A stretch of DNA of 64,000 bases from Octopus vulgaris (GCA_951406725.2 OX597815.1:70432001-70496000); one strand, 5' to 3'. Counted from the stretch's first letter, positions 27,068 through 41,135 are shown. A program made the numbers and translations. The notes: generated from the sequence alone by a model not told the origin.

Positions 27068-27569
27068 CACATTGCCTCCCATGGGAGTCACCAATGATTT
27101 CCCACTTTATATTCTTAATATACCATAGGAGTCACCGGTGACTTCCAATGGTGATGTTTTTTATGGAGCTAAACTACATTACTTGAATTTTAGGAAATGT
27201 ACAGAATACTGATACCAGAGGCGTGTAATTCACAGTTATCTCCATCATTAAAGATTATATAATATAATCTGAAATATAATCTGTTTAAAAATCACAAATA
27301 TATAAAAATGCGTAAACAGAAGTTTAGCGGATATTTTAACACTTTTAAACATATGTATCACCGGTAACTCCCGCAGTACAGAATGAATATTCGTTTTGTA
27401 CCATGCGAGTCACCGGTGACACCCATACCATAAATCAATGTTGTAGTTTATTTTATGGACTAGAACATAGAAACGGACGAAACATTTTTTTAAATGCATA
27501 ATTTATAACAAAATTAGACCGCTAATGCAAAAGAAAATATGTCGCAAAATGAGTTTGGTAGGCAAAGTG
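27068..27569. mobile_element. piggyBac-like MITE
   Basis: TTAA TSDs at 27064-67 and 27570-73. TIRs CACATTGCCTCCCA / TGGTAGGCAAAGTG. Internal GAGTCACCGGTGAC palindromic repeats. Confidence 0.75.
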
Positions 27570-28089
27570 TTAAAAGTCTCCTTGAACGAGAAAATAAACG
27601 GTCACGGTTATATATATTATATCACCGTTTTCTGTTTTCAAGGTTAAGTACTGTAAGCTTTACTGATTAAACCAAGTTGACATAATACTGATATACATAA
27701 ATAACTACAAAGTACAAGGTTAACTCAGAAATGCTGCTATCAGTTCAGATTTGCTTTAATGCGCTTAATCAGAGCTTAGTAATCAAGATTATGGCATGTT
27801 TATTTATCCCTATCCCCATCTTCACTCCTCAGCTTGTTTATTATATTTTAAATTTTAACTGACATTGTGATTTTAATGTTTTCCGAATCAGCAATTTTTG
27901 TGAGAACAATACAACACGACATGAAGTTTATTCATGTTTAACGAACTGAATTTCTCATGCGTAACGACGACTTGAAATTGGATGGTGATATTAGTGAGGG
28001 AACATGGATACTTGAAGAAGCTCCATTCTATGAACAAAGAATCTGGGAAATATAGAGCAGAATTAAACAACACAATTACAAAACGCTAA

Positions 28090-28860
28090 CGATGACCAAA
28101 TACCGAAAAAGGTAGCCAAAAATACATAGGTTGAAAGCAAAAGCAGAAGGAATTAGAACCTTGAAATATAGATGGCAGCAGAAACCTCTCCATGGCTAAT
28201 ACCTACTCTGAACTCAGGAAGCTGATATAGACTACTCAAAAACCTATGAGTGCATGCGAGGTTCGAAGGCAGAAACGGGAGGATTCTGCCCAGGACCAGA
28301 GTCTATACACAAAAAATTTAAAAGATGATATCCTCAAAAACAGAGCAGAGCCCAAGTATAGAGTCTGCAATGCATGTGATGAAACAACTGACCATAAAGG
28401 ATACCCAACCCTGGCTTCAATCAAATATAAAGCTAGACAGGTCAGAGTGAGCCAATACATTCACTGGACTTTGTGCAAAAGCCTTGGTACTGAACATGTG
28501 AAAAGCTTATATGAAGACCAACCTAAGCCAATAGTTGAAAGTAACGACATTACCATCCTTTGTGACTTCACAGTATATACCGATCGCACAATTTATGACA
28601 ACGGCACAAATGTTATAATACCAGGTCTTGTTTCTAGTGTTAAAGACAGAATAGAATAAACTTGCCAAGTATAAAGACTTTAAAATTGAAATAAGCAGGA
28701 TGTAGAAACCCATATGAGCTGTGATTGGAGCATTAAGAGTCATAAAAAAAAACACTCACTGGTTTTCTTGAAAAATTCTCAGAATAACCTAGCATATACG
28801 AAATCAAACAAAAAAAAAAGATAAAGAAAAATAGTGCTAAATGAAATAGCTCACACCCTA
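28090..28860 (+). mobile_element. Degenerate R4/Dong-clade 3' fragment
   Basis: WQQKPLHG, QDQSLYTKN, RVCNACDETTDH, IHWTLCK, ILCDFTVYTDRTI. Confidence 0.75.
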
Positions 28861-29799
28861 CTTGACCTCATAATCTATATTCTCATATCCTTTGACTGCA
28901 TTTGAACTTAAGGCGGGAAAAGGCAGAAGAAATGCTGCTGAGCATCCTGTCCGACGTGGTAACGATTCAGCAAGCTTTCCGCCTTAACAACAACAACAAC
29001 AACAATAATGCCTTGATGCATTACTAGGTAGTGGCTCTCAAGGTTTCTTATCTTAACTAATTGGAAGTGTTATCGTGTACATTGTTTTGTTTTGGTATAA
29101 AAGATGGGCTACAGCAAATAGTCTTCTCAATTTCACAGTCGTTTGACCATAACCAGTTGAGCATGTCCCTTAGTGGCAGATGATATGTACATCTCTAATC
29201 ACGAGCAGAAGTAGTGGGGAGCATCATAGCCATGTGATAAGAAGAATTCTTTGGGGTTTGGGTAATTCACCTTTGGAAACATGGGTATTTTGTTCAACAT
29301 CCTCAAACAAGCCTTATTCAGGGACTTTTGAGCGGGATGGGCTACTCGACCTGAAGAAAATTCTAACTGGGCCCCACCTGCAAGGTCATGTGCTGTTTAT
29401 CTTGATATGAGATCACCATGTCGCGCACATATGGTTGTGATGCATATGTCTGGTGTACTCTTATCAGACGGGTAGTCATGATGGGTATACTAGGCTTCGT
29501 ATATTATACCCCAATGTCACTGTGATGGCATGCACTGCTCTCATTCAATAATAATAATCCTTGAAATGTGGGAGAGGGACACTGTCTATTAGTTGGAAAC
29601 CAGTACTCAACTGATACTTATTTCATCGACCCCGGGAGGATGAAAGGCAAAGTCGCGCACATGTGGTTGTGATGCATGTGCCTGGTGTACCCTTATCATA
29701 CGGGTAGTCATGATGGTTATACTGGGCTTCGTATATTTTACCCCAGTGTCACTTTGATGGCATGCAATGCTCTCTCACTCAATAATAATAATAACATCT

Positions 29800-32440
29800 T
29801 TTATTATCCATAGGGGCATAAATGAGGGGTCAACACGAGGGCAGAAAACAATTTGTGTGGATATTTATATAAAGGATAGTGAAAAAGAAATGGAAAAGAC
29901 AGTGAAATACGATAAAGTTATACATAGTACATAAAGTGTGTGATAACTTGAAAGCTCTCCTCCTGATGCAAAGAGGAACATCGATTAGGACCAATCAAGA
30001 AACCTCACAGATCCACGATTATCCGATCTACGGGCGCATATTTCCAGAAATTCCCTGGGAAGTAGCACTTCCCACTCTACCCTCAACTTCCTTTCCAAAT
30101 GGAACGTAAAAAAGTCGATGAGAGCTTGACCGAAGAAGGTGTCTTTCCTTCATTCTTTCAGCTTCGTCCACCACAACCTCTTTTGCCATCGCCACTAGAC
30201 AGTCTTGTTAAAGGTGGGTGGTGATGAGATCCTCCCGATGGATCCGGCCGATATTCAGATTTGTCCCACGTAATAACAGCTGTTCGACATAATTCTACAA
30301 GTCAGCAGTACTCGGACTCTTCACAAGTGCATGCAGAACGGTTCCGTCGCTCTGTGCTCATTTCGGTCAGTCCCATCTAACAGTACTTCTCTGTGCCTGT
30401 ATAGTTTACCTCGATCTATTAATGTTCCTCGGTAGCACTGCTAGGCCAGAGATTTTTGGAAGTTAATCATGATAGTACCGGGTCTGAAATAGACCAGCTA
30501 GTTCATACTCTATTTCATTAAGATTTGCCATAAAGGCATCCAGCTAGTTCATACTCGACGGCACCAAGTGTTTCACTGAGAACGTCATTGCTCTTACCCA
30601 TCACTAGATTTCTATATATTGCTACCATAGAACTTCCACCGACCCTATTGACCGACTGGTAGAGAGCAGTGGGCGTGTGACGATATTCCAGCTCTTGACA
30701 GAATTTAAGATGCCGGGCGCCTAATCTTGATCTTTTCTTGACCTAGGATTGCAGCTCCGTCAAAGAGATAAGCCGAGGAAAAGCGTATTTTACAAACGGA
30801 GCGCGTGTCTGCGCGTTAGCAACCATGGCATGCCAAGCCCACCATCCAGAGGACGCTGGCAATAGATGGACCGCCGGACGAGCGGAACGCGTCCTTTCCA
30901 CAGGATACGGAAAGGTAAACTCCCCAGTTCAGCAAGATGTGGACTGGGGCAAGGTACAACGGTCAAGTGATAATTTATTGAAGAGGCGATGTGCGCATTC
31001 TCTACCGCTGCTTGACCTTTCAGACATAATATCCTCTCGGCCCATTTCTGAGTGAGATTGGCCACCCTGTTTGTAACCTCATCCCAGTTCCTGTTCACCT
31101 GGACGTCCGGGTCGAACTAGAAACCGAGGAATTTAACAGGTCCGTCTGTCCATCTGTTCGTTGGCATAGTCTTGCTTCTCCAGTTGCCAAGCTGCAGGCC
31201 TACCGATTTGTTCGGATTTATCTTAGCTTCTACTATAACTTTGTATTCCTATAAAATGGAATCTACTACCTAAACTTCCGCGGTGTCTGACACCATGATG
31301 TCATCAGCATATGTCGACACAACTCTCTCGCAACCCAGTTCGCAGCAAAGGCTCTAGCGCTAGAACATATAGAAGGGTGAGTGAGGACTCCCATGACGGA
31401 TCGAACGCGGGATATGAAACGGTTCTGAGATTTGACCGTTTACTTTTACCACTGATCAAGCACCAATATGCATTGCTGCGGTCCAGTTATGAAAACGGGT
31501 CCGAAACTGTCTGCTTTTAGACTGCCACAAAGTAGCGATGGTCGACCCTATAAAAGGCTTTGAACTGATTCAAATTGATTAGAGCTCCACCAATACCATA
31601 TTTACTATCCATTTCTAATATGATGCAGTGCATGAGATTGAGGTTATCGTAGATGGATCTTTTGGGGATCGCGCACATTTGAGCATCTCTGACTAAACCA
31701 TCCACGATAAGCTCCAACCTGTTTGCCAACACCTTGGGCCAAAATTTTATTGACTATTGCCCTCGTCAGATATCTCTTTACTAACTCGCTAATCCGGTCT
31801 CTGTTGGCTTTCCGGTAGCCAGGTCCCAATCTATGAGTCCTATGTAAGGCGACTGTGAAGATCACAAATTTGTGATCTGTATAACTGACCAGGTTGTATT
31901 GTGGACAGCCAAACTTATCTTTGTAAGTTGCCGTAAGGGATTCTCTAAGTACAAGCTAGAAGACATCGTGATTGCACCAAGTCTACATTGGTACATTTGG
32001 GAGAACCAGTCGGTGCTTGTCAAACAGTTGAAAACGTCTGAATATTTTTCGAGGCGTTTATATTCCCATCTATGGGTTAATCCGACACAATCTTAACGTG
32101 CATTCAAAATACCATTCCAGTTCCCTACGAGAACTAAAGTGCAGGATCTTCCTAGGAAGGTTTCAAGACGTCTAGAGAAATCTGGCCGTCCAACACAAGT
32201 AGGTGCATAGACGGCCGCTAGTCTGAAGCCACTACCTTTATTGTTACTTACATCTAGTAACACCAACTTACTTGCCGGATCCGAGAAGATCGTCTGCACC
32301 TCTAAACCTAATTTTTTTCGAAAAAGCACAACTACTCCACCGTTCGATCCTATCAAGCCACAAGATGAGTACATCTTGGGGCCGTCAAACATTAGGTTGA
32401 GTGCGTGCGTTCTAGAAATTAAACGCATATATGTCAAATC
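29800..32440 (-). mobile_element. Degenerate Tx1/L1-clade LINE ORF2 (EN + RT), internally deleted
   Basis: APE motifs GGVVVLFRK, AVYAPT, VLVGNWN. RT motifs LANRL, LNQFKAFYRVDH, YADD, GGLGMP. 3' AATAAA on - strand near 29800. Confidence 0.85.
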
Positions 32441-32581
32441 TTATACATATTCCATTACGTTTGTTTCTGTTTCTTGGCCTGTCTTTAATTGCTTTCTGGT
32501 CTGTTACAGAAATTCTTGGTATCAAACTTCAAACTCTTCATACTTAACCCGAAATTATTTCAGAAACTTTTCCGGAGAATC

Positions 32582-32776
32582 AGAGGAAGAATTCAGCGAA
32601 CACCAGAACCAACTTTGGCGGGCAGGACATATGAAAAATTATATAAATAACAGACTTAATATATATATATATATATATATTATATAATTTTTTATATAAT
32701 TTTATATAATTTTATATAATTTTTCATATGTCCTGCCCGCCAAAGTTGGTTCTGGTGTTCGCTGAATTCTTCCTCT
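32582..32776. repeat. Perfect 66-bp inverted repeat around a (TA)-rich spacer
   Basis: 32582-32647 is the exact reverse complement of 32711-32776. Confidence 0.9.
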
Positions 32777-32975
32777 AGAGAATTTCCCTTGTAGTTTGAT
32801 CGTTGATGATCTTTTTCTAGCATTCTGGCCGGCTACCTAGCAGGCCAGCCCTGCCAATATACACATATATTTGAATTTTCTCTGACTCCTCAGATTTTTT
32901 GAATGCTGGACTACTGGTTTTAAATTGATATTAAAATTAATATTAATTTATCTCCCTCAATTTTTAAATATTTAA

Positions 32976-33009
<34 letters not shown>

Positions 33010-33959
33010 GGAGAGTTCACGAAACAAAACAAAAGACGAAGACAGGTGGTGTAGAAAACAAACAGATGTATTAGTAAAACGCTCAGGAATTGAAAAAGTC
33101 TTTTACGTTTCGAGTCTACTCTTTTCTGCAGAAAGGGACACAGAAAAAAACAAGGAGAGAAAAAAAATGTATGTAGTGGCTACCGATCTATCATGGCGAC
33201 TGCCGGACTGAAGGGTCACACAGGAGAGCGAAGAAATAGGGGAGATAACAAAGTAAAGATGACCCCCACAACGAAGGTGCGTGCGTGTATGAGAGAGTAC
33301 GTGTGCGCGTGTGAAAGAGGGCTGGTGGTCTTGACGTGTGCGTGTGTGTATGTGTAGGTGTGAAAATGTGGAGATGGGAATTGGTCAGTGCTGGTGTGTG
33401 AGTGGTGTGTTGTATGGTGTAGTGTGGTGTATGCGTAGTGTTGTATGGTGTAGTGTGGTGTTGTGTGATGTTGTTGGGAGGTGGAGGAGGTGAGAGTGGG
33501 ATGTGGGTTAGGCAGAGGGTTGGCGTGGAGTTGGGTATGTGGGTATGCAGAGGGTTAGGGTAAAGGTGGGGCTTGTGGGTAGGCAGAGGGTGGAGTAGAG
33601 GTGGGGTATGTGGGAGAGGGTGTAAGGGATGGGATGGGAAGGATAGGGAAGGTGGAGTAGGAATGTGTAGGGGTGGGCTGGGCTTATGGGGGAGTGTTGA
33701 CGATGAAGGGAAAAGGGAGGTGGGTATGTAGGAAGAGAGAAAGAGAGTAAGAGAGAAGAGAGAAGAGAAAAAGAGAGTAAGAGAGAAGAGATATGAGAGA
33801 AGAGAGAAAGAGAGTAAGAGAGAAAGAGAGTAAGAGAGAAAGAGAGAGTGAAAGAGTAAGAGAGTAAGAGAGAAAGAGAGTAGGGGTATATATATATATA
33901 TATATTATAAAAATTTATAATATAGACAGCAGTTTGCAATGTTTTACCAAAAAGGAAAA

Positions 33960-34400
33960 CTATAATCGTCACTAAATATGACTAGGGTGTTAGAAACACC
34001 CACATTGCTAGAAATAAGAGCTAAAATGCTCTAATGTTGTAATCAATGCACATAATTATATACATATATAGTGACAGGGACTGTAATCGTCCGAAAACAC
34101 CGTTCGATAATTCCCTATTCTGATCGGTCAGTTTTGGTAATTTCCTTTACCTCATCAGTCGAGCTAGTCCTTACTGATGAGGCAACGGAAATTGCCGAAA
34201 CTGACTGATCACATAAAGACGCAAGAGGAAAAACTGCAACACATAAAGGATTCTCGAACGATGTCTTCGGACGATTATAGTCCCTGTCGCATATATGTAT
34301 GCAATTATGTGCTCTACTATAGCATTAGAACATTTAAGCTCTTATTTCTATCAATGAAGGTGTTTCTAACACTCTAGTCACAATTAGTGGCAATTATATA
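33960..34400. mobile_element. Head-to-head Penelope-like terminal repeats, each with a degenerate hammerhead
   Basis: About 200-bp diverged inverted arms. CTGATGA-GGCAA..TTGCC-GAAA at 34174-34200 (+), mirror copy on - from 34158. Confidence 0.65.
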
Positions 34401-35514
34401 ATTATATATATATATATATGTAAATGCTTTCCCAACTAAAATTGCACTTCAATTTTTAATTCCGATGAACCTATAGGGTTATACACTAGAACTCAACTAT
34501 GAGTGCATTGCATCTTATAGCAGAAATACCTGTAAGCTAATGAAGATCAAGAATAACGTCTTATTCCTTTTTCATTTTAATTCCTTATATGTACATTTGT
34601 ACATAAATGCATGTATGTATGTATGTATGTATGTATGTATGTATGTATGTATGTATGTATGTATGTATGTATGTATGTGTGTGTGTGTGTGTGTGTGTGA
34701 GTATATGTATCTGTGTGTGTGTGTGTAAAATGCAATCGATAAAATGAACCAGTTAATTTTGTTATAGACTCCCTATCCTATAAACATTAACCTCTGTGTG
34801 TTTAGTGTAAAGAAATCAATATCGCACTCAATTCAATCACATCTAAATAACAAATACATCGAACGATAGATAAACAGACAAAAATACTGGCTATCATTCA
34901 AACAAAATCAATTAAGAATTCGTTTGTAATTGCGAAACACGAAGCGGATTAAACTATAAACAAAAGCGTGTACATAATGAGTTTAAATAAACATCCCTTC
35001 GGATAGAAAAAAGAAATTCGACGGCTGCCCCTAGGAAACGAGTCCACATATTCTGAAAATATTTCAGACATTCTAACATTGGAAATTTTTTCACGTCTTT
35101 CGAAGTTTCCAAGTTTTTATGACGAAAACAATGAAGAATATACACAAACAGGGAATTTATGAAAAGGCAGCCATACTCCTACACAATATCAATAGACAGA
35201 ATAACAAACAGCAGAAATTATTCTTTTCTTTTATCTTTTTAGTTTTTATGCCATTTGACTGCGGCCATGCATGAGTATCACCTTGAAGGGTTTAGACAAA
35301 CAAATCGACCTACAGCTACTGATTATAAGTCTAGTGCTTACTCTGTCGGTTTCTTTTTGCTGAACCGGTAAGTTGTTGAGTGGTTGGAGAACATGCACAG
35401 ATGTGCACGCGCGCGCGCACGCACACATTCACACACAGATATACATGTTACTCTCTCTCCCTCTAAACACGCGCGCGCACGCACACAAGCACAACACACA
35501 TACACATACACACA

Positions 35515-35735
35515 ACTTCTTGGCTTGGCTGGCACGCTCGTAGCTGACAAAGCTAATGTGAGATGGGCAATTATGACCGCAGTGGTTGCAGTCGAAGGTG
35601 TGGTCAGGATTTGATGAGGTAGTGTTGCAGTTTTTCCTCTTGCGTCTGTTGTCCTTGAGAGTTACTCTGCAGGTGTTTTCGAAGGAGAAGACAGATGGTG
35701 AGGCATCGTAAATATAATGACTCAAAATGCTGTCA
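35515..35735 (-). mobile_element. RTE/BovB-like LINE C-terminal zinc-finger fragment
   Basis: SFENTCRVTLKDNRRKRK...TFDCNHCGHNCPSHISFVSYERA. Confidence 0.65.
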
Positions 35736-35814
35736 TCTCACTTCAACAACACTTAATAGGCTGTATCATCGAGGTATATAAAACAAGTCAACATAACAGC
35801 ATTGTGAGTTTTTA

Positions 35815-36190
35815 GATGACTAAAAAAGGTTCCTTCGCTATGTATTTACTTCAGTTTCTACGCATGGTCTATGAGGTTTGAACAATTACAGAATTTTCCG
35901 ACATAGTTTCCTTGCTTTTCGATGCATTTCTGCTAGCATTCTATAAAATTGCTTATTCCATCGGAGATTTTCGGTTGGTCGCCACATCATCGATGTTCAC
36001 TCGTCAGTTCTCTAGAATCATCTCTCGAGCTTGTAAAATCTTCCTATCAGTGGTGGAGATTTATGGGCGCATTGCTCCCTCTTTGTGTTTCATGTTTGTC
36101 CGGCCATGTTTAAACCTCTCGATCCGCTGAAGGCAGTGAGACCAGCCTAAAGAAAGTTTTTGCAAAAGTGCGGATAGTTATTTGATGTGT
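35815..36190 (-). mobile_element. Internally deleted mariner remnant
   Basis: ERFKHGRTNM...STTDRKILQAREMILEN.RV joined to the C-terminal KCIEKQGNYV. Confidence 0.55.
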
Positions 36191-36406
36191 GTGTGTGCGT
36201 GAATGTGTACATATTTATATATATGATACATTTTTTTCTCTATTTTTTTTCCTCTCTCGCCTCCCCATTTTTACTTTCCATTCATTTTTGTCGAAGAGCG
36301 TAGGCTCGAAACCGTCCAAGACATTTCTATTCTTCCCGAGCGTCAAACTAATACACCTGCTTGTTGTTTCCTGAATGGTCTTCGTCTTTTGTTTTCTTTG
36401 CATTTG

Positions 36407-36473
<67 letters not shown>

Positions 36474-36875
36474 TACATACATACATACGTACATACAAAC
36501 ACATACGTACAAACACATGCATACATACATACATACATACATACATACATACACACATACACACATACATACATACATAGAACAATATAAAGGATTCTGG
36601 AGAAAATTGGGTACTTAAATGGTATGCACCAGGTTGGGCTGATTTAACCCGTAAGCACCATCTTTAGTCGGATTAATATACTGGGTACTGAAGTAATCCA
36701 GTGAGATATTTAGGCTGTGCACACAGAGAAAATCCACCGCTACGAGTATTTAACGTCTAGGGGCTGGTCCAAATCATGTGTTGCGTGGATTACACGGTGT
36801 TTGGTATACTCTAGGTAGTCCAACAGGTCATGAATCCCTTTGGTATATTATTAGAAAAGAAAAACTTGACAGACG

Positions 36876-37153
36876 ATGGATAAACGTCAGTTTACAACTG
36901 TTTCTTACACATTTCTTTATTTGATGAGTGACTACATTATATCATATTAAAAAAAAAAACCGTATTCATCAGATGATCCATATAATTTCAAAAGAATAGA
37001 AAAACAATCCACTGCGCGAATAGATTGTTCTATTCATTTGAACTTATATGGATCATCTGATGAATACGATTTTTTTCACGATGATGTAATGTACTCACTC
37101 ATCAAATAAAGAAAGGCATAAGAAACAACTGTAGTAAACTGACGTTTATCCAT
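36876..37153. repeat. About 130-bp diverged palindrome with hammerhead-like halves
   Basis: Arms 36876-37009 / 37023-37153. CTGATGA 37057-63 and GAAACAACTGTA 37122-33, mirrored on the other arm. Confidence 0.75.
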
Positions 37154-37609
37154 TGTGTGTTGATTCGGATCAACCGGAACCCTCGTCGTCGTAACCGACG
37201 GAGTGCTTCCATATATAAGGAAAACAGATAAAATTGATGAATAATAATTGATTTACACCAATCATTTATTAATTAATCACAAAAAGACAAAATCTCGTCT
37301 TACAGCTGTTTCCGTTAGCGCCATTCACAGGCTTAACCACCACAATAATAATAATAATAGTTATCATTGAAATTAATTAATTAAGTACCAATTTGAATAG
37401 CGGAACTTGATCAGAGCAGTAAAGTAAAGAAAAATATAAAAAGGAAGAGGAAAGCAAAAAGAAGGAGAAAGCGAGAAAACGATGATATATCAGTTCATGT
37501 TACCTCATGCTGTCCCTCTGGGAAACTTTCGACCGACTAGAATTTTAGAAATAGAATTGGGATAGTTATAATGTTTAGTGTACATTCACCTTTGCTATAT
37601 GTATGTATG

Positions 37610-37641
<32 letters not shown>

Positions 37642-37680
37642 TGTATGTATGTATGTATGTATGGATGGATGGATGGATGG

Positions 37681-37735
<55 letters not shown>

Positions 37736-37970
37736 CAGGAACTCGTTATGTAATGTGTGCTCTTTTCCTAATATGCTGGAGAGTGATTTTAGTGAGATTT
37801 GGCAGATATTTCTTGCATGTCGCGCAACCATGTAGTGGATCTGATATAGGCTTAGTCTGAGATAGTTGACAGGTTGTGCTTTTATCCCACAATTTAACTG
37901 GTAATCGACAGAAGTAAGTCTACTTGAAAAATTGAGAGTTGTTAACAATATAGTTAGACAGAAATAATAT

Positions 37971-38038
<68 letters not shown>

Positions 38039-38044
38039 CAACAA

Positions 38045-38640
38045 CTCTGGTCAACAGCCAATTTTCCTCAGGGATATTATATGGTGTTTATATGTAGTTT
38101 TGTCTGCAGATTTCAAAAATGTAATCGGTTTCCTTCTATCAGGCACAGTTTTTCTGATGAGATAAGAGAAGTATATAACTCCCATTTGCAGTATCGCTAC
38201 ACATAAACATCTTATATAGGTAAATTCTGACTTCTGTTTTATAACTATTTGTATTTATTTTGTAATTTTAGGTTTTCATAATCTTTTCTTTTCATAAATT
38301 TTACTTTCTGTTCAAGGTGCCAAGTCATCATCATCATCAAATTCTACTCAGGATGTCGAGGCATTGCAAGAACAGTCCTGATATATTTTGTCATGTCTGT
38401 GGTTCATTTACCACCAAAGCTCAGCAACGTGCCATCACGAATGAAATCAAGAAGATCTACCAGTTATACTTTGGCTGCTCTCTCAGGGATCTAGATAAGA
38501 GTTGTGCCCCACACATCAGCTGCTCAGCTTGTTCAAATGGACTAAAATAATTGGCTAAATAAGAGGAAGAGAGCAATGCTGTTTGCAATACCTATGATAT
38601 GGAGAGAGCCAAAGGATCATTTCATGGACTGCTATTTCAA
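38045..38640 (+). mobile_element. Chapaev3-type (CMC) DNA transposon 5' fragment
   Basis: Terminus C(T)CTGGTCAACA. ATG at 38353: MSRHCKNSPDIFCHVCG...YFGC.L.DLDKSCAPH.SC..C, continuing past a stop/frameshift to FAIPMIWREPKDH..DCYF. Confidence 0.7.
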
Positions 38641-39983
38641 ACCTTTTCTACTGCCACTATAATGGCCACTGCTTCATGGATCTGACAAGATTCATCACCC
38701 CACCACTCAGGCATTCATGACCTATTCATCTCTCCTTCTCTTATCATTCATGCATTCAGCCCCACTAAACCTTTTACTAATCACTAAGCATAGGCTTTTC
38801 TACTCAGAATGTTAGCTATCAACAATTCTCTCCCTTCTCATCTCTTTTCCCACAGAGATTTGAGACAAACACTAAGAAATACTAAAGGGCATCTCTCACT
38901 GATTTAAGGGAGACTGTAAAGGTCAAAGGCACTGTCCCTTTCTCCAGACCCAATAAGTCAAAAAACATCACTATGATGCCATAATTATTAGTGTATGACT
39001 TCCATTGAAAATGTAATATAATAATAGGCAACTTCCTGTTGCCTTAATCACGAAATTTGAAGTATAGCTTTCCCTCCATACTGATACTTACCATCAACCA
39101 CAACCCCACTTTTGTTCATCATTGACTATAATCATTTCTACCCCCTTTTCTAATCATCTCCTCTCAAATTTCTATGAACTTACCCACCCACAACTCCTCA
39201 TCCTCTGCCTCTATTCTCTATTTTATTCATCTTCCTACACTTTGGGTGTATTCTCTAACATCTTGTCACAACCGTCTTAATCTTCCTTCCAGTTACTCTT
39301 ACCCATCCTTATATAATATAGGGCAGCTATGTATCTACTCTATAGCAGAAAACACATACCCATCCTTCTACCATACTTTAGTCTCTCATCATCTAGCATA
39401 AAGCCATCTTCCTCTCTACTCAGTTGAGGGGGCTTTTTCTTTGTCTTGTGTCATGAAAAAAAAGCTCTCAGTAATCTCTATAAAGTGACTGGCTTTAAGA
39501 AGAGTATCTATCCATAGAAACTGTGTCGAAGCAGACATTGGAACTCAGTGCAGCCATCCGGTTTGTGAAATCCTATCAAACCATCCAACTTATACCAGCA
39601 TGGAAGACAGATATTAAATAAGAATGATACATATATATGTATACACACACATATATACACAAGCATACATATATGTACATATCCACACATACACACACGC
39701 ACACATATGCACAATATACATATATATACACATATACACACTAAACATCATATATTACAATATTAAGTTATATGTGATGTATTAATTTAGATTCCAGATT
39801 TACATATTATATTGATATGTAACTTAGACTGTAAGCAATAAATCTATATGAGAAAGGAATGAAATTGTGTAATGTTCATGCCTTTCCCAACAGGTTTCAG
39901 CTGTATAAATAAAGACAATTGGATTTAACCAGAAGATGGAACTGGTTTTAACTGTTCTCATTAAGAATGCACCTCTCAATACT

Positions 39984-40156
39984 TTAACCCTTTTGATACC
40001 AACCAACAAAAGGAGCCTAAATGAAAGCTTTACATCAAAATTCCTTGTTAGTTTATATTCTAAACACCTTGATAACGACAATGTTATTTTACTAAATTCT
40101 TCATTATTTTCAAAACTAATTGGAACAAAGTCAGTGTATTTCATCAGAAAGGTTAA
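39984..40156. mobile_element. Short TTAA-flanked MITE
   Basis: TTAACCCTTTTGATA / CATCAGAAAGGTTAA. Interior matches 21150-21210. Confidence 0.6.
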
Positions 40157-40519
40157 ACTGATCTCCTCAAACAGAATCATTATATTGTCATTTTTGAGGA
40201 CCACAAGGATAATTATTAATATTGTGCCAACAAATGTGTCTTTATGTAAAGACTGGAGGGCCTTTTAAATATTACATCTGCACTCTATTGAATATTGGGA
40301 CCACTGTTGTCTCACCTTTCACACTACATTTTATTAATGTTTTTTATTCAAGTGTTTTTTGGTGTAAGTTTGATTCATATTCAACCCATATGTGTACAAA
40401 AGATAAATGAACTTTTTCCCATCTTATTTAATTGAGTAAATCTTCTAAGGTGATTTTATTCAGATATCTTATGCTCTAGAATTTAGAGTTTGGTTCTAAA
40501 ATAAGAACCATGGTCACTA

Positions 40520-41135
40520 GGACATCATTTCTTCCATTTTCTAGGGATATTGTGCATGACAGAAAATTGATTGCACAGGCAAAATTTATATATATATGAG
40601 ATTTTGTGTGCAAGAGAGAAGACCGTATTGGTTTGGTCATGTGATGCATATGGATGAGGACAGCTGTGTAAAGAAATGTCAAGCTCTAATTGTGGAAGGG
40701 GGAGATCCGTGAAGATGTGGGACAAAATGGTGAAAAAGAATCTTTGGACAATGGGCCTCACTGAGGAAAGGACAAGGGACTGGGAGATGTGCTGATTTGC
40801 TGTACTTGATAAGATGTGTCAAGCTAAGTAAAATTGTTGTCTTCTACACATTCAGGCTTGTCTTTTCAGGTGTTGGTTCCACTTAAAAAGTGCCCATGCC
40901 AGTGCTGCATTAAAGCACCAGTGCTGGTGCTGTGTAAATGCACCCATGCCAGTGGCACGTAAAAAGCACCACTGTTAAGTAGTTGGTGTTAGGAAGGCCA
41001 GCCAACCATAGAAACCATGCCACAACAAACAATTGGAGTCTGGACAGCTCCCTGCTAGCCAGCCCTATGTTGAACCGTCCAACCCATGCCAGCATGGAAA
41101 GCGGATGTTAAATGATGATGATGATGATGATGGGC
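40520..41135 (+). mobile_element. RTE 3' fragment plus RTE-associated 3' tail ending in (TGA)n
   Basis: RRPYWFGHVMHMDEDSCVKKC...WDKMVKK. Tail ACCCATGCCAGCATGGAAAGCGGATGTTAAATGATGATG, with a related - copy at about 39490-39625. Confidence 0.65.
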
